From: Patescibacteria group bacterium
GTDB lineage: Bacteria > Patescibacteriota > Patescibacteriia > JAZDEU01
Length of the DNA stretch: 64,000 nucleotides
Assembly (NCBI GenBank): GCA_042568285.1
Contig: JBHPIX010000002.1
Location: 783 to 64,782 of the forward strand
Direction of reading: 5' to 3'
This document shows positions 22,408 to 31,605 of this stretch, one piece after another (the stretch's first letter is position 1; every line of letters begins with the position of its first letter). A program made the translations under genes and the position numbers. The notes under the pieces are model-generated. The model made no database searches. It saw only the letters and a list, made by a program, of their open reading frames with translations, and was not told the origin of the DNA.

Positions 22408-23022
22408 ATGAAAAATAAATCAATAGAACAAACATTAGTTATCATAAAAGGAGATGGTGTCCAGAGAGGAATTGCGGGAGAAATTATAACCCGATTTGAA
22501 AAAGTTGGATTAAAATTAAAAGCAATGAAAATGGTATGGCCAAACAATGAAATGATCAATAAGCATTATGATGCTGAAAATAAAGAATGGCTTGAGAATG
22601 TAGGAATAAAAGCTATTAAAGGTTATGAAAAAAGAGGCATAAAAATTGATACAGCTCCTATTGACATTGGACTAATAGTGCAAAAAAATTTACTTTCATA
22701 TTTTTCCGCTGGTCCTGTCATAGCTATAGTTTTAGAAGGATCGCACGCCATTGAAATGGTAAGAAAAATAGTCGGACCAACAGATCCATTTAGCGCTGCT
22801 CCCGGAACAATCAGAGGAGACTATTCTATGGACTCGTTCCAAATGAGCGATGTTGAAGACAGAACAATAAGAAACCTTATCCATGCTTCCGGAGACGTTG
22901 AAGACGCAAAAAAAGAAATAGAAATATGGTTTGATAAATCAGAACTTCATACTTATATTATGCCTATTGAAGAAATTTTATACAGCAAAGACTGGGAAAA
23001 AAAACAGGCAATTATAGAATAA
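22408..23022 (+). CDS. ndk: Nucleoside-diphosphate kinase, long form
   Basis: It has the TLVIIKGDGV, RFEKVGLKLKAMKM, GPVIAIVLEG and TIRGDY motifs and the active-site His region NLIHASGD. Confidence 0.75.
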   Translation: MKNKSIEQTLVIIKGDGVQRGIAGEIITRFEKVGLKLKAMKMVWPNNEMINKHYDAENKEWLENVGIKAIKGYEKRGIKIDTAPIDIGLIVQKNLLSYFSAGPVIAIVLEGSHAIEMVRKIVGPTDPFSAAPGTIRGDYSMDSFQMSDVEDRTIRNLIHASGDVEDAKKEIEIWFDKSELHTYIMPIEEILYSKDWEKKQAIIE

Positions 23023-23066
23023 TGACATTCTATAATATCTATAACAATAATTTATAAATCACAAAA

Positions 23067-23094
23067 AACACCCTCCTACCTAAGAGGGTGTTTT
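23067..23094. terminator. Bidirectional terminator-like hairpin between convergent genes
   Basis: Stem aacaccctc pairs with gagggtgtt, flanked by an A-run upstream and a T-run downstream. Confidence 0.55.
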
Positions 23095-23117
23095 AAATAT
23101 TATGTTTGCCAGTACTT

Positions 23118-24137
23118 TTAATGTCCAAACTTTGCGCGCGCTTTAATCCATGCTGGAAAATCTTTTACTGTTCGTTCAATTTTACTCAAAACAGTTGTTC
23201 TAGATGTTAACTTTTTAAAAAATATAATCCAGCTTGACCATTGATAAACTGACAATACTGCTCCCGCAAAAGCCACTATGGCAACAATTATAAAAAGCAT
23301 CATAATAATAGCTGTCCAAAAAGCATAAGAAAGTCCTGCGGCTGAATATATTATTGCCATTGTAATAAATGGCAATGAAATTATTATTACCGCGAATAAA
23401 GCTACAAGTCCAACAATGAAATTTAATAAAAATAGAAAAAATGCCATTTCTAAGCTCACAATCCAATTGTCAAGAAATAAATGCCATCCTTTATTAATTG
23501 ATTCAAAAAAATTCTTATTTTTTAAAACAACAAATGCAGAAGCGTATTTAGCTATAAATGAAATTATTATTGCTATTGGAATAAGAATAAGAAATGCTAA
23601 AATATACAAAATTAAACTTAAAATTGATTCAGATCTTCTTGCTAAAAATAATAGTGGCAACCCTGTTAAAACCAACATTAAACAAATCAATGACTTTGAT
23701 ATAAAATTTATTCCTAAAATAGAAGAAAATTTTTCTTTTCCTAAATTAATGCCTTCTTGAAATGTTATTTTTTTATTTGAAATTCCTTTATCTGCTCCTG
23801 CGATTAAAGAAACTTGGAAAACCACAATAAGCCAGATAAGAAAACCTATTAAAAATAAAATTGAAAAAACAGCTACTAAGATTAAAATAAATTCTGTTGG
23901 GTTATAAAGAGATAAATTATATAAACCTTTTAAAAATCCTCCTGAAAAAGTTTGACTAGCTGAATTTAAAACTACATTTCGCGCTATATGAAATTTATCA
24001 AATGTTTTAACTAAAATTTGATATTCTCCACCATTGCCAAGTAAAGCCGCAAAAAGACCAAAAACCCAAAGGATTTTATTATTCTTTGTGATTTCCCAAG
24101 CATTTTTTAATACGTCGCGATAAATATTTTTTTTCAT
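23118..24137 (-). CDS. Hypothetical multi-pass membrane protein
   Basis: About 7 hydrophobic helices are visible. ATG 24137 is preferred over the ORF-track start at 24182 because an AGGAGG site sits directly upstream (forward cctcct, 24139-24144). Confidence 0.5.
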   Translation of the reverse strand: MKKNIYRDVLKNAWEITKNNKILWVFGLFAALLGNGGEYQILVKTFDKFHIARNVVLNSASQTFSGGFLKGLYNLSLYNPTEFILILVAVFSILFLIGFLIWLIVVFQVSLIAGADKGISNKKITFQEGINLGKEKFSSILGINFISKSLICLMLVLTGLPLLFLARRSESILSLILYILAFLILIPIAIIISFIAKYASAFVVLKNKNFFESINKGWHLFLDNWIVSLEMAFFLFLLNFIVGLVALFAVIIISLPFITMAIIYSAAGLSYAFWTAIIMMLFIIVAIVAFAGAVLSVYQWSSWIIFFKKLTSRTTVLSKIERTVKDFPAWIKARAKFGH

Positions 24138-24283
24138 ACCTCCTGTTAAATTTCGTTCGCTTTTTATTTTGGTAGAGAACAATAATTATTGTTCCCTACT
24201 AATTATAAACATCCCAAAACAAAAACCTCCACGAAAATAATTTTATTTTTTTATATTGTTATTAGAGAAAAAGATAAAAATTT

Positions 24284-24375
24284 GCCTTCCCCCCATTCGC
24301 GCTTTTCGTCCGCCTCGGATCGACCGAGTCGAGACGGGTGTTGCCCCTGTTCTCATTCGTGTTTTTCGTGTTCCT
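24284..24375. repeat. GC-rich repeat modules (attcgtg, cgagac and related words)
   Basis: The sequence is ccccccattcgcgcttttcgtccgcctcggatcgaccgagtcgagacgggtgttgcccctgttctcattcgtgtttttcgtgttcc. ORF 24189-24377 lies mostly within this repeat cluster. Confidence 0.75.
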
Positions 24376-25009
24376 AATTATTATAACACTTTTTTAAAAA
24401 AACGCCAAACGATTTTTTAAAAATGTTCGCTTTTGATTTATCTGGAATATTTTTAAATTCTTTATACTCGCTCGGAGTCATACCAAAAGTAGCCTTAGAT
24501 ATTTCAGCAGTTAAAATGGCATAATCTTTTTTACTGACAACGCCACGATCTTGCCATTCATCAGTTAAATTTTGCCTAATCGCCATCCCGCGCAATCTTT
24601 TGTCTATCCAATCTTTTGGGTATCCTTTTTTCTCGTATAATTCTTTCATTCTCTCCTGCGCTAACTCTGGATTTTCAATTTCATCAAGCCTGTCTTTTCC
24701 TACTTGCGCTAACCAAAGTTTGAACGGCTCGGCTTTTGGCGATGGAATTGATTGGATTAAACGAAAAACATTTTTTGTGTTAACGCAATCTGTGGCGTAT
24801 TTCTTACCATCAGTGCTCTACAATTTCAGTTGTAAACAAATTGTTAACAACTGGACATCTCGTTGCTTCAAAACCCCCCAATACTGCCTAGGCGCAGAAC
24901 TTTCCGATAACACTTCCACAATATCAACCACTGAATAAAACCATTCATCATTATGCCAAATTCGTCTAATTTTCTGTTTTTAAAATAAAATTAATTTTTC
25001 TCCATTCAT
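24374..25009 (-). pseudogene. Bro-N / DinD-like (phage antirepressor-type) gene with two in-frame stops and a truncated C-terminus
   Basis: A single reading frame gives MNGEKLILF*KQKIRRIWHNDEWFYSVVDIVEVLSESSAPRQYWGVLKQR...LQLKL*STDGKKYATDC...IPSPKAEPFKLWLAQVGKDRLDEIENPELAQERMKELYEKKGY...LTDEW. The TAA is at 24982-24980. Confidence 0.65.
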
Positions 25010-25089
25010 ATTTTTAAAATAATACTTGCAATTAAATCCTATCTATATTATATCACAACATTTCTAAAATCCGAAAACAAAATAAAAAA

Positions 25090-25115
25090 ACACCTGCGGA
25101 ATGCAGGTGTTTTTT
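25090..25115. terminator. Bidirectional rho-independent terminator (serves ftsH on the minus strand)
   Basis: Stem cacctgc (25090-25096), loop ggaat, stem gcaggtg (25102-25108). An A-run precedes it and a T-run follows. Confidence 0.65.
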
Positions 25116-25235
25116 TATAAAACGTGTAATATGTAAAGCATTCTGGGTATCACAGCCCTGCTGGGACTATGATACCCTCACAAAACATCCCCCTGGGAGG
25201 AATGGGCACTAATTCCCACAGTCCTGCAGAAACAT

Positions 25236-27062
25236 TTAAGCAAATATCCCCTCAAATTCTTTCCTTTCAATAGTTTCCTTTTTAATTAAAATGTCAACTA
25301 TCTTTTCTAAATATTCTTTTTTCTCAGTTATAATTTTTTTCGCTGTTGCTTTCGCTTCAGATACTAATTTATGAATCTCGCTATCTATAACTTCAGCTGT
25401 CTTTTCGCTGTAATCTCGCTGTTCATGAATTTCCTTGCCTAAAAATATCATATCATCAGTTGAACCAAATGTTCTTGGTCCTAATTTTTCGTTCATCCCA
25501 TATTGCGTAATTATACTTTTAGCTATATTTGTAGCTCGTTTTAAATCATTAGAAGCGCCTGTTGTTATTTCATTAAAAATTTCTTCTTCTGCTGTCTGCC
25601 CTGCTATTAAAACCGCAAGATCATCAATGAAATCTTTTTTGCTGTGCAAATGTTTATCTTCAATAGGAAGTTTTAAAGTATATCCAGCCGCCTGTCCTCT
25701 GGAGATTATTGACACTTTATGAACAGGATCAGCATTAGGTAAAATATGCGCCACTAACGCATGTCCAGCTTCGTGATAAGCTGTAATCTTTTTTTCTTTC
25801 TCGCTTAAAATATGACTTTTCCTTTCAGGGCCTAACAGAACTTTCTCTATACTTTCTAAAGTGTCATCTTTTTCAATTTTAGTTTTATTTTTCTGCGCCG
25901 CCAAAATCGCCGCCTCATTTAATAAATTTGATAAATCAGCCCCAGAAAATCCAGGAGTCCGTTCTGCTATTGCTCTTAATGAAACATCTTTAGCTAAAGG
26001 TTTCTTTTTCGCATGAACTTTAAGAATATGTTCTCTTTCATTTATATCAGGTAAATCTATAAAAATTCTTCTATCAAATCTGCCAGGTCTCAATAATGCT
26101 GGATCTAAAACATCAGGCCGATTAGTAGCGGCTAATACAATTATATTAGCGTTTGGTTCAAACCCATCCATCTCAACTAAAATTTGGTTTAAAGTCTGTT
26201 CCCTTTCATCATGAGATCCTCCTAAACCAGCTCCTCTTCTTCTGCCAACAGCGTCTAACTCATCTATAAAAATAATGCATGGCGCGCTTTTTTTAGCTTT
26301 TTTGAATAAATCTCTAACGCGCGAAGCGCCCACGCCGACAAACATCTCAACAAATTCAGAACCTGAAATGTGAAAAAAAGGAACATTAGCCTCGCCAGCG
26401 ACCGCTCTTGCCATTAATGTTTTTCCTGTACCCGGAGCTCCTACTAATAAAGTGCCTTTGGGTATCTTAGCTCCCATATCAATAAATTTCTTAGGGCTTT
26501 TCAAAAATTCAACAACCTCCATAAGTTCTTTCTTCGCCTCCTGATTTCCAGCAACATTTTTAAAACTTACTTTATCTTTACCATTTTCAGCATCCACTTG
26601 CTTAGCGCCAGACTGACCAAACATTATTGCCTTAGAATTAGCGCCCTGCACCTGTCGCATCATAAGCCAAATTAAACCTACTATAAGTAAAAATGGTATT
26701 AGAAAAGGTAAAATAGCTGTTAAAAATATTGTCCAAGCATTTTTTTCTTTATATATAATATCAATTTTACTAACTGTTCCTAAATTGATGCCATAATTTT
26801 TAACTATATCTCCAAATGATTCTCTCAGATCTTTCTGCACTTCCTCTTTATTGCCATTTTTTAATTCAACTTCTATTTTTTCATCACTCACAACGATTTT
26901 TAAAACTTCTTCATTATCAATCTGCTGTATCATCCTGCTAATATTACTTTTTTCAGGTTCCACTTTTCCAAAAGGAGCTTTAGAAGAATAGACAGAATAT
27001 AATCCGCCCACAATTAAAAAAATAACGAATAATATTAAAAAATTTTTGATTAAATTCTTCAT
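25236..27062 (-). CDS. ftsH: ATP-dependent zinc metalloprotease FtsH
   Basis: It has N-terminal TM helices, Walker A (GAPGTGKT), Walker B (IIFIDELD), an SRH region and the HEAGHAL zinc motif. Confidence 0.95.
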   Translation of the reverse strand: MKNLIKNFLILFVIFLIVGGLYSVYSSKAPFGKVEPEKSNISRMIQQIDNEEVLKIVVSDEKIEVELKNGNKEEVQKDLRESFGDIVKNYGINLGTVSKIDIIYKEKNAWTIFLTAILPFLIPFLLIVGLIWLMMRQVQGANSKAIMFGQSGAKQVDAENGKDKVSFKNVAGNQEAKKELMEVVEFLKSPKKFIDMGAKIPKGTLLVGAPGTGKTLMARAVAGEANVPFFHISGSEFVEMFVGVGASRVRDLFKKAKKSAPCIIFIDELDAVGRRRGAGLGGSHDEREQTLNQILVEMDGFEPNANIIVLAATNRPDVLDPALLRPGRFDRRIFIDLPDINEREHILKVHAKKKPLAKDVSLRAIAERTPGFSGADLSNLLNEAAILAAQKNKTKIEKDDTLESIEKVLLGPERKSHILSEKEKKITAYHEAGHALVAHILPNADPVHKVSIISRGQAAGYTLKLPIEDKHLHSKKDFIDDLAVLIAGQTAEEEIFNEITTGASNDLKRATNIAKSIITQYGMNEKLGPRTFGSTDDMIFLGKEIHEQRDYSEKTAEVIDSEIHKLVSEAKATAKKIITEKKEYLEKIVDILIKKETIERKEFEGIFA

Positions 27063-27120
27063 AGATTTAAATATGCTTTTATAGTGGTCTTACTTAAAAT
27101 TGTGACTACTGAATCCAATA

Positions 27121-27231
27121 TGTCATCCCGCACTTGATGTCCGCTTCGGATTGCCCAAAGCGAGACGAGCGGGATCTATTCTGGATTCCGCGTCAAGCCT
27201 CGCCGAATCGGCGGGCAAGCGCGGAATGACA
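27121..27231. repeat. Palindromic element, composite copy with nested modules in both hairpins
   Basis: The sequence is tgtcatcccgcacttgat[gtccgcttcggattgcccaaagcgagacgagc]gggatc ... ggattccgcgtcaag[cctcgccgaatcggcgggc]aagcgcggaatgaca. Confidence 0.85.
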
Positions 27232-27319
27232 AAAGGGATGTAATTTAAAATTTAAGATGTATAACAATTAACTCTTAATTAACTTATACATAAAAAAATA
27301 CTATTTAAAAAATTAGCTT

Positions 27320-27595
27320 TTATTTTCCTGTATTACTCATCCCATTGATTTTCTTCATTAAAGCAGACTTTTTTCTTGCTCCAGTATTTTTCTTTAAAAC
27401 TCCTTTTTGGATAGCTTTATCTATTACTTTAATAGCCTCAAAAGAATACTTCTTTGCATTCTCATCATTTTTAGAGATAACTGCTTTTACTGTATCTTTA
27501 GATAAACTTTTAATGTTGCGTTTAATTTTTGAATTAAGAAATGCTCTTTTTTTAGATTGCTTTAAAGCCTTTTTAGCTGATTTTTTATTAGCCAT
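27320..27595 (-). CDS. rpsT: 30S ribosomal protein S20
   Basis: It has the typical size and a basic N-terminus (MANKKSAKKALKQSKKRAFLNSKIK). Confidence 0.88.
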   Translation of the reverse strand: MANKKSAKKALKQSKKRAFLNSKIKRNIKSLSKDTVKAVISKNDENAKKYSFEAIKVIDKAIQKGVLKKNTGARKKSALMKKINGMSNTGK

Positions 27596-27714
27596 ATTTA
27601 GTTAAAAAAATAACGAGAAAGAATCCCTACAATATGGTTGGGAAACATATCGTATTAATTAATTATAATTTAAATTATAAACTACTATATCTACTATATT
27701 AAAACACAAAATCT

Positions 27715-28776
27715 TTAAAATTTCAACCCCTTGACAACTTTATACATATTATACCAAATTTTTCTTAAAATAACATCATAAGTCCCTGCATAATGCGCTT
27801 CAAATCCGCCAAACCCCTTTTTAAACCGTGTAATCCCCTGCCATTCACCTTTTTGCGTTTCAACACCTCCAAAATTATAATATTTATATTGCTTTTCAAT
27901 AGCATCTTGAATTATTTGCCATTGTAATAAATAAGTAGCCATTAAATTGCGATTTTCATAATCAGATCCTCCATGCATATATGTCGCAGTGTCGCCAAAA
28001 TAACTTACCATATTAGAAGCTATAATTTTTCCTTCATATTCAGCAACCCATAATTTAACATCGCCATCAACACAAAAAACGCTCGCCCCCCCTTCCCCTA
28101 TTCGTGTTGATTCGTTTTTAGATTCGTGTTCATTCGTATTCCCCCCTAAAATCCCATTATAATATTCTTTAGTATGAGTATTTATATTTTTTCTATTATA
28201 CGTATTAGAAATCAACTCCCAAAATTTCTCAAAATCATTATTATTATTCGCAAGTCTAATCTTAACACCTTTCTTTTTTGCTAACATAATATTATATCTT
28301 GTCTTATGATGCATACCAGCTAATAATTCTTCCTTATTTTTTTTCAAATCTAACACCCAGTCATTTTCAGGCTGGACAGATTTCACCCGCCTGCCTATTC
28401 TTAAATCGTTTTCATCAGATTCAGCTGACAATTCAACTCTAACAAACATGCTCTTTTCTTCTTTCGCCAATTCTTTAATTTTTTTTAAAAAAATATTCCA
28501 TGACTTTGGACTTCTTGCCCCGTGTTCATCACTGGGGTGGACTTTGGACTTTGGATTTACTCCCGGTCCCCTTGGACAATATAAATAATTCTGCCCAAAA
28601 GGCAGACTATATTTTATAATTTGAGCTACCACACCATCCACTACAACTCGCCAAACTTTCCTCCCCATTTTTTTATGAAATTCTCCCCATTCCCAAGACT
28701 GCAAAAATTGAGCATTTTTTTGGCTAGCAACAAGTTCATTCCATTTATTTTTATCTGTAATTTCTGTTATATTCAT
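27715..28776 (-). CDS. FemAB/FemX-family peptidoglycan peptide-bridge transferase with two repeat-derived in-frame segments
   Basis: It has FLQSWEWGEFHKKMGRKVWR, YCPRGP, HKTRYNI and the C-terminal FKKGFGG motif. The likely start is ATG 28776 (MNITEI). Confidence 0.78.
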   Translation of the reverse strand: MNITEITDKNKWNELVASQKNAQFLQSWEWGEFHKKMGRKVWRVVVDGVVAQIIKYSLPFGQNYLYCPRGPGVNPKSKVHPSDEHGARSPKSWNIFLKKIKELAKEEKSMFVRVELSAESDENDLRIGRRVKSVQPENDWVLDLKKNKEELLAGMHHKTRYNIMLAKKKGVKIRLANNNNDFEKFWELISNTYNRKNINTHTKEYYNGILGGNTNEHESKNESTRIGEGGASVFCVDGDVKLWVAEYEGKIIASNMVSYFGDTATYMHGGSDYENRNLMATYLLQWQIIQDAIEKQYKYYNFGGVETQKGEWQGITRFKKGFGGFEAHYAGTYDVILRKIWYNMYKVVKGLKF

Positions 28777-28849
28777 ATATAAACTTTTACACACCCCTGC
28801 CCCCTCTCATAGAGGGGAACTAACTGACACATTCTCTCATACTTTCCAC

Positions 28850-28913
28850 ATCCGCGTTAAATCCGCGTAACAATCCGCGACTAATCCGCGTAACAATCCG
28901 CGACTAATCCGCG
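28850..28913. repeat. Six ATCCGCG heptamers at alternating 11/12-bp spacing (23-bp unit)
   Basis: The heptamers start at 28850, 28861, 28873, 28884, 28896 and 28907. They lie between the rmuC stop and the femX-like start. Confidence 0.9.
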
Positions 28914-28970
28914 GGGCGTATCTTAATCCAGACATATTTCGTCAATTAATCTATCATACTTAATCCAAAA

Positions 28971-29933
28971 TTACTCCTTCAACAACCTAACATCATCAAT
29001 CTTGCCACTCAACTTTGAATACTCATTATTAACTGTGTCAACAGATGCTTTTGCGTGAGTAATATGAGAAGTTAAAACTCCTAAATGTTTGGAAAATTTA
29101 TCATTGTCAACTTTTATCGCAGAAAGAGTTTGTAAAATCTGTTGCGCGACCGCCTCAATCTTTTTACCCTCTAGTCCAATCATAATTACTCTTAAAAAAT
29201 AATAAAAACTATTTGGAGATACTGGGAAAACTTTCTTTTCGCAAGCATAATTATTTATATCCTCGCTATGTCTAATGACTTCATAATATACTGTTTCAGA
29301 TGGCACATACATAACTGCAAAATCTACTGTTCCTTCTGCTGGCAAAATATATTTTTTAGAAATGCTATCAATATGCTTCCTAACATCTTTTGCAAATTCA
29401 TGAAAAAATTTATTCTTTTCTTCCTCTATCTCAGATTTCATTGCTTTCTGAAAATTCTCCATTGGAAATTTTGAATCAATTGGAATAATGCCTTTATCAG
29501 TTTTTATAATCGCGTCAACCCGTTCTCCAGTTTTAAATTGGTGTTGTATTTCAAAATGCCCTCTTGAAAAACATTGCTCTAAAATATCCCGCAAAACCTG
29601 CTCTCCTATGTTGCCACGCAATTTAGGAGATCTTAAAAAATCCTGTAAGTCTTTCATGTTCCGTCCAATTTCTTTTACTTTACCTAATTCACTGCTAACA
29701 CCTGAGATAACATTAGCCGCTTTATCAAGGCGCGCGCTAATCGCTTCTGTTGTTTTGTCTATCCTTTGCTGAACTCCCTGCATATTTTGGTTTAACATCA
29801 TAAGCCCCTGATCATTTTTTTGATTTTTAACAGTTTCATTTAATTCCGCAATTTTTTTGCTCAAAAAAATGTATGTCAAACCGCCTACGATAAGAATAGA
29901 TACTACTGTTGTGATTATAATTGTTATTTGCAT
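28971..29933 (-). CDS. rmuC: DNA recombination protein RmuC
   Basis: It has an N-terminal TM helix and coiled coil, then an RmuC-type region (GNIGEQVLRDILE, IIPIDSKFP, DFAVMYVPSE). The likely start is ATG 29933. Confidence 0.82.
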   Translation of the reverse strand: MQITIIITTVVSILIVGGLTYIFLSKKIAELNETVKNQKNDQGLMMLNQNMQGVQQRIDKTTEAISARLDKAANVISGVSSELGKVKEIGRNMKDLQDFLRSPKLRGNIGEQVLRDILEQCFSRGHFEIQHQFKTGERVDAIIKTDKGIIPIDSKFPMENFQKAMKSEIEEEKNKFFHEFAKDVRKHIDSISKKYILPAEGTVDFAVMYVPSETVYYEVIRHSEDINNYACEKKVFPVSPNSFYYFLRVIMIGLEGKKIEAVAQQILQTLSAIKVDNDKFSKHLGVLTSHITHAKASVDTVNNEYSKLSGKIDDVRLLKE

Positions 29934-30028
29934 ATATATAAACTTATCATATCCACAAGAGATTATCAAGTCATTATTTAGCTATCAGTTATTTGATTTT
30001 TTAATCATACCGTAGTAAAATATGATAT

Positions 30029-30772
30029 ATGAAAAGAATTATACTAACAATACTAATAATTTTTTTGATCATTACACCTGCCTTAGCTGATGGATTATCA
30101 GATATGGACAAAGACGGCATTCTTGATCAAGATGAAATAGAAATATATAAAACAAATCCTGAAAATTCTGACACTGATGGAGATGGATTTAATGATTGGA
30201 TAGAATTAAATAACGGATATTCTCCTCTTGATTCAAATCCTATAAAATTGGAAGACGCAGATTATGATAATGACGGATTATCAGATAGAATGGAGCTAAA
30301 TTTCCATACTGATCTAAGTAAAGCAGACACTGACAGCGATGGACATACAGATGGGGAAGAAATACAAAATGGATATGATCCTCTTAATAATAGTAATGGC
30401 AAATTAGAAAAAAGAATTGAAATTAACACAGGTTCTCAAGAATTAAGCTACTTTCTTGGAGGAGTACGGATGGAAACATTTATTGTTTCAACAGGCAAGC
30501 CGTCTATGCAGACTCCAAAAGGGCATTTTAATATAGATGATAAAAATCTAAAAGCATGGTCAGCTAATTATGGGTTATGGATGCCTTATTGGATGTCTTT
30601 AAGCAACGGGTATTTCGGCATTCATGAATTACCTGAATGGCCAAATGGATATAAAGAAGGCGCTGATCATTTGGGACAGCCAGTCTCTCATGGATGTATT
30701 CGCCTTGGTATAGGAGATGCTGAATTTTTATATAATTGGGCTGAGATTCAGACCGCTGTATTTATTTATTAG
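30029..30772 (+). CDS. Secreted L,D-transpeptidase (YkuD domain) with N-terminal thrombospondin-type-3-like Ca-binding repeats
   Basis: It has a signal peptide, DTDGDGFND / DYDNDGLSD / DTDSDGHTDGEE repeats, and the YkuD catalytic motif SHGCIRL. Confidence 0.85.
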   Translation: MKRIILTILIIFLIITPALADGLSDMDKDGILDQDEIEIYKTNPENSDTDGDGFNDWIELNNGYSPLDSNPIKLEDADYDNDGLSDRMELNFHTDLSKADTDSDGHTDGEEIQNGYDPLNNSNGKLEKRIEINTGSQELSYFLGGVRMETFIVSTGKPSMQTPKGHFNIDDKNLKAWSANYGLWMPYWMSLSNGYFGIHELPEWPNGYKEGADHLGQPVSHGCIRLGIGDAEFLYNWAEIQTAVFIY

Positions 30773-30821
30773 TTGTATTTGACTTATATAAAAAAATAAA
30801 CTAAAATCTTAACTAATGAGG

Positions 30822-30846
30822 ACTGTCGGATGAGGGACAGTTTTTT
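30822..30846 (+). terminator. Rho-independent terminator
   Basis: Stem actgtc pairs with gacagt, followed by tttttt. Confidence 0.5.
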
Positions 30847-30915
30847 GTTTGGTCTTTTATAAACAACACTATATAGTGTTCATAACGACTAACCATCAAA
30901 AAAAGGAGAAAAAAG

Positions 30916-31605
30916 ATGGAACAAGTAAAATTAGTATTGATATTGTCTGGCAGAGGGTCTGACGCGGCATCTATATTAGCTACGCATCAAGAAGGAAAAA
31001 TTCCAGAGGTAGACGAGATAATTTTAATTTCAACTGTTGAAGGAGCGGGAGAATGCGTCAAAAAATTTATATCTATTAAGATGAAAGTAATTGATTATGA
31101 AGCAACTACATACGATAATTCTTTATATTTTGACAACCAAGTAAAACTTTTTTTACAAGAAAATCATATTGAACTTGTTTTCGCTGTAGGGTGCATACAC
31201 CTTCTTCCTATTCTCACAGGAATAGATGGATATAATATCCATCCTGCTGACATTGAAGAACATGGAGGCAATACAATGTATGGATTGGCAGTTCATCAAC
31301 ATGCGCTAAATAGCATTATGGATCAAATAAAACGAGGGAGAGGAAATGTTAATACGCAATTCTTTACAAAAATCGTAATCCATAAAATTGGAAAAGAATA
31401 TGATAAGGGAAATATTTTTAAAATAATCAATATCCCTATCCCAACAGAAATTGTATTAGCTTTACACAAAAAGATTGCAACAATAGAAGAAGCCGCAAAA
31501 AATCTTCAAAAACATGTCATTCAATTTGAACATATTGAATTGCCGTCTGCGGTAAGATCAGCGGCAAGAATAATTTTAGAAAGAAAGGAAGGGAAAGGGG
31601 TATGA
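30916..31605 (+). CDS. Divergent formyltransferase-fold protein (PurN-like), translationally coupled to purL
   Basis: It has an LILSGRGSDA N-terminal pattern and a later NIHPAD region, resembling the GAR-transformylase ILISG.GSN / NIHPSLLP motifs but divergent. ATGA overlaps the purL start. Confidence 0.45.
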   Translation: MEQVKLVLILSGRGSDAASILATHQEGKIPEVDEIILISTVEGAGECVKKFISIKMKVIDYEATTYDNSLYFDNQVKLFLQENHIELVFAVGCIHLLPILTGIDGYNIHPADIEEHGGNTMYGLAVHQHALNSIMDQIKRGRGNVNTQFFTKIVIHKIGKEYDKGNIFKIINIPIPTEIVLALHKKIATIEEAAKNLQKHVIQFEHIELPSAVRSAARIILERKEGKGV

